Made by a program: the position numbers and the translations under genes. Positions 34,901 to 42,245 of a DNA stretch of 42,245 nt are shown here, piece after piece. The stretch's first letter is position 1, and every line of letters starts with the position of its first letter. The notes under the pieces were generated by a model. That model did not search any database. It saw only the letters and a program-made list of their open reading frames with translations, and had not been told where the DNA came from. This stretch comes from Callorhinchus milii. Lineage: Eukaryota. The stretch covers positions 1-42,245 of the forward strand of contig NW_024705467.1 in the NCBI RefSeq assembly GCF_018977255.1, read 5' to 3'.

Positions 34901-37900
34901 CGATGACGATTATGATGAGGTAATGAAGACAATGGCGATGACGATTATGATGACGGTAATGAAGACAATGGCAATGATGACGATTATGATGACGGTAATG
35001 AAGACAATGGCAATGACGATTATGATGACGGTAATGAAGACAATGGCGATGACGATTATGATGACGGTAATGAAGACAATGGCGATGACGATTATGATGA
35101 CGGTAATGAAGACAATGGCGATGACGATTATGATGACGGTAATGAAGACAATGGCAATGATGACGATTATGATGACGGTAATGAAGACAATGGCGATGAC
35201 GATTATGATGACGGTAATGAAGACAATGGCGATGACGATTATGATGACGGTAATGAAGACAATGGCGATGACGATTATGACGGTAATGAAGACAATGGCA
35301 ATGATGACGATTATGATGACGGTAATGAAGACAATGGCGATGACGATTATGATGACGGTAATGAAGACAATGGCGATGACGATTATGATGAGGGTAATGA
35401 AGACAATGGCGATGACGATTATGATGACGGTAATGAAGACAATGGCGATGACGATTATGATGACGGTAATGAAGACAATGGCGATGACGATTATGATGAC
35501 GGTAATGAAGACAATGGCAATGATGACGATTATGATGACGGTAATGAAGACAATGGCGATGACGATTATGATGACGGTAATGAAGACAATGGCGATGACG
35601 ATTATGATGACGGTAATGAAGACAATGGCAATGATGACGATTATGATGACGGTAATGAAGACAATGGCAATGATGACGATTATGATGACGGTAATGAAGA
35701 CAATGCGATGACGATTATGATGACGGTAATGAAGACAATGGCGATGACGATTATGATGACGTAATGAAGACAATGGCGATGACGATTATGATGAGGTAAT
35801 GAAGACAATGGCGATGACGATTATGATGACGGTAATGAAGACAATGGCGATGACGATTATGATGACGGTAATGAAGACAATGGCGATGACGATTATGATG
35901 ACGGTAATGAAGACAATGGCGATGATGACGATTATGATGACGGTAATGAAGACAATGGCGATGACGATTATGATGAGGGTAATGAAGACAATGGCGATGA
36001 CGATTATGATGACGGTAATGAAGACAATGGCAATGATGACGATTATGATGACGGTAATGAAGACAATGCGATGACGATTATGATGACGGTAATGAAGACA
36101 ATGGCGATGACGATTATGATGACGGTAATGAAGACAATGGCGATGACGATTATGATGACGGTAATGAAGACAATGGCGATGACGATTATGATGACGGTAA
36201 TGAAGACAATGGCGATGACGATTATGATGACGGTAATGAAGACAATGGCGATGACGATTATGATGACCGTAATGAAGACAATGGCGATGACGATTATGAT
36301 GACGGTAATGAAGACAATGGCGATGACGATTATGATGACGGTAATGAAGACAATAGCGATGACGATTATGATGAGGGTAATGAAGACAATAGCGATGACG
36401 ATTATGATGAAGGTAATGAAGACAATGGCAATGATGACGATTATGATGACGGTAATGAAGACAATGGCAATGATGACGATTATGATGACGGTAATGAAGA
36501 CAATGGCAATGATGACGATTATGATGACGGTAATGAAGACAATGGCAATGATGACGATTATGATGACGGTAATGAAGACAATGGCAATGATGACGATTAT
36601 GATGACGGTAATGAAGACAATGCGATGACGATTATGATGACGGTAATGAAGACAATGGCGATGACGATTATGATGACGGTAATGAAGACAATGGCGATGA
36701 CGATTATGATGACGGTAATGAAGACAATGGCGATGACGATTATGATAACGGTAATGAAGACAATGGCGATGACGATTATGATGACGGTAATGAAGACAAT
36801 GGCAATGATGACGATTATGATGACGGTAATGAAGACAATGGCGATGACGATTATGATGACGGTAATGAAGACAATGGCGATGACGATTATGATGACGGTA
36901 ATGAAGACAATGGCGATGACGATTATGATGACGGTAATGAAGACAATGGCAATGATGACGATTATGATGACGGTAATGAAGACAATGGCGATGACGATTA
37001 TGATGACGGTAATGAAGACAATAGCGATGACGATTATGATGACGGTAATGAAGACAATGGCGATGACGATTATGATGACGGTAATGAAGACAATAGCGAT
37101 GACGATTATGATGACGGTAATGAAGACAATGGCGATGACGATTATGATGAAGGTAATGAAGACAATGGCGATGACGATTATGATGACGGTAATGAAGACA
37201 ATGGCGATGACGATTATGATGAGGTAATGAAGACAATGGCAATGATGACGATTATGATGACGGTAATGAAGACAATGGCGATGACGATTATGATGAGGGT
37301 AATGAAGACAATGGCGATGACGATTATGATGACGGTAATGAAGACAATGCGATGACGATTATGATGACGGTAATGAAGACAATGGCAATGATGACGATTA
37401 TGATGACGGTAATGAAGACAATGGATGATGACGATTATGATGAGGGTAATGAAGACAATGGCGATGACGATTATGATGACGGTAATGAAGACAATGGCGA
37501 TGACGATTATGATGACGGTAATGAAGACAATGGCAATGATGACGATTATGATGACGGTAATGAAGACAATGGCGATGACGATTATGATGACGGTAATGAA
37601 GACAATGGCGATGACGATTATGATGACGGTAATGAAGACAATGGCGATGACGATTATGATGACGGTAATGAAGACAATGGCGATGACGATTATGATGACG
37701 GTAATGAAGACAATGGCGATGACGATTATGATGACGGTAATGAAGACAATGGCGATGACGATTATGATGACGGTAATGAAGACAATGGCAATGACGATTA
37801 TGATGACGGTAATGAAGACAATGGCGATGACGATTATGATGAACGGTAATGAAGACAATGGCGATGACGATTATGATGACGGTAATGAAGACAATAGCGA

Positions 37901-40900
37901 TGACGATTATTATGAGGGTAATGAAGACAAGCGATGACGATTATGATGACGGTAATGAAGACAATGGCGATGACGATTATGATGACGGTAATGAAGACAA
38001 TGGCAATGATGACGATTATGATGACGGTAATGAAGACAATGGCGATGACGATTATGATGACGGTAATGAAGACAATGGCAATGATGACGATTATGATGAC
38101 GGTAATGAAGACAATGGCAATGATGACGATTATGATGACGGTAATGAAGACAATGGCAATGATGACGATTATGATGACGGTAATGAAGACAATGGCGATG
38201 ACGATTATGATGACGGTAATGAAGACAATGGCAATGATGACGATTATGATGACGGTAATGAAGACAATGGCGATGACGATTATGATGACGGTAATGAAGA
38301 CAATGGCGATGACGATTATGACGGTAATGAAGACAATGGCGATGACGATTATGATGACGGTAATGAAGACAATGGCGATGACGATTATGATGACGGTAAT
38401 GAAGACAATGGCGATGACGATTATGATGAGGTAATGAAGACAATGGCAATGATGACGATTATGATGACGGTAATGAAGACAATGGCAATGATGACGATTA
38501 TGATGACGGTAATGAAGACAATGGCGATGACGATTATGATGACGGTAATGAAGACAATGGCGATGACGATTATGATGACGGTAATGAAGACAATGCGATG
38601 ACGATTATGATGACGGTAATGAAGACAATGGAGATGACGATTATGATGACGGTAATGAAGACAATGGCGATGACGATTATGATGACGGTAATGAAGACAA
38701 TGGCGATGACGATTATGATGAGGGTAATGAAGACAATGGCGATGACGATTATGATGAGGTAATGAAGACAATGGCGATGACGATTATGATGACGGTAATG
38801 AAGACAATGGCGATGACGATTATGATGACGGTAATGAAGACAATGGCGATGACGATTATGATGACGGTAATGAAGACAATGGCGATGACGATTATGATGA
38901 CGGTAATGAAGACAATGGCAATGATGACGATTATGATGACGGTAATGAAGACAATGGCAATGATGACGATTATGATGACGGTAATGAAGACAATGGCAAT
39001 GATGACGATTATGATGACGGTAATGAAGACAATGGCGATGACGATTATGATGACGGTAATGAAGACAATGGCAAGATGACGATTATGATGACGGTAATGA
39101 AGACAATGGCGATGACGATTATGATGACGGTAATGAAGACAATGGCGATGACGATTATGATGACGGTAATGAAGACAATGGCAATGATGACGATTATGAT
39201 GACGTAATGAAGACAATGGCGATGACGATTATGATGACGGTAATGAAGACAATGGCGATGACGATTATGATGACGGTAATGAAGACAATGGCGATGACGA
39301 TTATGATGACGGTAATGAAGACAATGGCGATGACGATTATGATGACGGTAATGAAGACAATGGCGATGACGATTATGATGACGGTAATGAAGACAATGGC
39401 GATGACGATTATGATGAGGGTAATGAAGACAATAGCGATGACGATTATGATGAAGGTAATGAAGACAATGGCGATGACGATTATGATGACGGTAATGAAG
39501 ACAATGGCGATGACGATTATGATGACGGTAATGAAGACAATGGCGATGACGATTATGATGACGGTAATGAAGACAATGGCGATGACGATTATGATGACGG
39601 TAATGAAGACAATGGCAATGATGACGATTATGATGACGGTAATGAAGACAATGGCGATGACGATTATGATGACGGTAATGAAGACAATGGCATGATGACG
39701 ATTATGATGAGGGTAATGAAGACAATGGCAATGATGACGATTATGATGACGGTAATGAAGACAATGGCGATGACGATTATGATAACGTAATGAAGACAAT
39801 GGCGATGACGATTATGATGAGGGTAATGAAGACAATGGCATGATGACGATTATGATGACGGTAATGAAGACAATGGCGATGACGATTATGATGACGGTAA
39901 TGAAGACAATGGCGATGACGATTATGATGAGGGTAATGAAGACAATGGCAATGATGACGATTATGATGACGGTAATGAAGACAATGGCGATGACGATTAT
40001 GATGACGGTAATGAAGACAATGGCGATGACGATTATGATGACGGTAATGAAGACAATGCAACGATGACGATTATGATGACGGTAATGAAGACAATAGCGA
40101 TGACGATTATGATGACGGTAATGAAGACAATGGCGATGACGATTATGATGACGGTAATGAAGACAATGGCGATGACGATTATGATGACGGTAATGAAGAC
40201 AATGGCGATGACGATTATGATGACGGTAATGAAGACAATGGCGATGACGATTATGATGACGGTAATGAAGACAATGGCGATGACGATTATGATGACGGTA
40301 ATGAAGACAATGGCAATGATGACGATTATGATGACGGTAATGAAGACAATGGCGATGACGATTATGATGACGGTAATGAAGACAATGGCGATGACGATTA
40401 TGATGAGGGTAATGAAGACAATGGCGATGACGATTATGATGACGGTAATGAAGACAATGGCGATGACGATTATGATGACGGTAATGAAGACAATGGCGAT
40501 GACGATTATGATGACGGTAATGAAGACAATGCGATGACGATTATGATGACGGTAATGAAGACAATGGCAATGATGACGATTATGATGACGGTAATGAAGA
40601 CAATGGCGATGACGATTATGATGACGGTAATGAAGACAATGGCGATGACGATTATGATGACGGTAATGAAGACAATAGCGATGACGATTATGATGACGGT
40701 AATGAAGACAATAGCGATGACGATTATGATGAGGTAATGAAGACAATGGCGATGACGATTATGATGACGGTAATGAAGACAATGGCGATGACGATTATGA
40801 TGACGGTAATGAAGACAATAGCGATGACGATTATGATGACGGTAATGAAGACAATGGCGATGACGATTATGATGAGGTAATGAAGACAATGGCGATGACG

Positions 40901-42245
40901 ATTATGATGACGGTAATGAAGACAATGGCGATGACGATTATGATGACAGTAATGAAGACAATGGCAATGATGACGATTATGATGACGGTAATGAAGACAA
41001 TGGCAATGATGACGATTATGATGACGGTAATGAAGACAATGGCGATGACGATTATGATGACGGTAATGAAGACAATGGCGATGACGATTATGATGAGTAA
41101 TGAAGACAATGGCGATGACGATTATGATGACGGTAATGAAGACAATGGCGATGACGATTATGATGACGGTAATGAAGACAATGGCGATGATGACGATTAT
41201 GATGGGTAATGAAGACAATGGCGATGACGATTATGATGACGGTAATGAAGACAATGGCGATGACGATTATGATGACGGTAATGAAGACAATGGCGATGAC
41301 GATTATGATGACGGTAATGAAGACAATGGCGATGACGATTATGATGACGGTAATGAAGACAATGGCGATGACGATTATGATGACGGTAATGAAGACAATG
41401 GCAATGATGACGATTATGATGACGGTAATGAAGACAATGGCGATGACGATTATGATACGGTAATGAAGACAATGGCAGATGACGATTATGATGACGGTAA
41501 TGAAGACAATGCAATGATGACGATTATGATGACGGTAATGAAGACAATGGCGATGACGATTATGATACGGTAATGAAGACAATGGCGATGACGATTATGA
41601 TGAGGGTAATGAAGACAATGGCAATGATGACGATTATGATGACGGTAATGAAGACAATGGCGATGACGATTATGATAACGGTAATGAAGACAATGGCGAT
41701 GACGATTATGATGAGGGTAATGAAGACAATGGCGATGACGATTATGATGACGGTAATGAAGACAATGGATGACGATTATGATGAAGGTAATGAAGACAAT
41801 GGCGATGACGATTATGATGACGGTAATGAAGACAATGGCAATGATGACGATTATGGACGTAATGAAGAAGACAATGGCGATGGACGATTATGATGAACGG
41901 TAATGAAGACAATGGCGATGACGATTATGATGACGGTAATGAAGACAATAGCGATGACGATTATGATGAGGGTAATGAAGACAATGGCGATGACGATTAT
42001 GATGACGGTAATGAAGACAATAGCGATGACGATTATGATGAGGTAATGAAGACAATGGCGATGACGATTATGATGACGGTAATGAAGACAATGGCGATGA
42101 CGATTACGTATGAACGGTAATGAAGACAATGGCGATGACATTATGATGACGTATGAAGACAATTAGCGATGACGATTATTGATGACGTAATGAAGACAAT
42201 GGCGATGACGATTATGATGAAGGTAATGAAACAATGGCAATGATG
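25944..42245. repeat. Large tandem array of 36/39-bp units, runs off the window end
   Basis: Unit GATGACGGTAATGAAGACAATGGC(AAT)GATGACGATTAT repeated for >16 kb; all long ORFs here are by-products of the repeat. Confidence 0.98.

Noticed and set aside
25757..42162. Dozens of long ORFs (His/Arg-rich, Ile/Val-rich, Met/Thr-rich, Asp-rich)
   Set aside because: All are translations of one triplet-periodic tandem repeat, with no domain, start context or unique sequence.

Overview
Repeat-dominated eukaryotic (animal, probably vertebrate) genomic DNA; V-SINE-like cores, Rex1/Babar, Tx1 and Penelope-type elements together would fit a lamprey or fish, but the species cannot be read from the sequence. 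There is one clear host-gene signal: a 76-bp minus-strand exon (24553-24628) encoding a c-type lysozyme/alpha-lactalbumin family segment, with a probable terminal exon and polyA signal just downstream. Its upstream exons are absent, apparently displaced beyond a >16-kb 36/39-bp GAT-rich tandem array (25944-end). The left 25 kb is a stack of mobile elements: five different solo LTRs all flanked by CATG/CATA target duplications (two back-to-back at one site), Penelope-like inverted-repeat fragments carrying minimal hammerhead ribozyme motifs, an uninterrupted Rex1/Babar RT ORF, a decayed Tx1 LINE ending at a TC microsatellite, tRNA-derived SINEs, a hAT-type MITE, and a 38-42-bp satellite that appears to have grown out of a V-SINE core. 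I see no convincing wholly new biological system; the most interesting signals are listed as findings. All family assignments are by eye from remembered motifs, with no database search.
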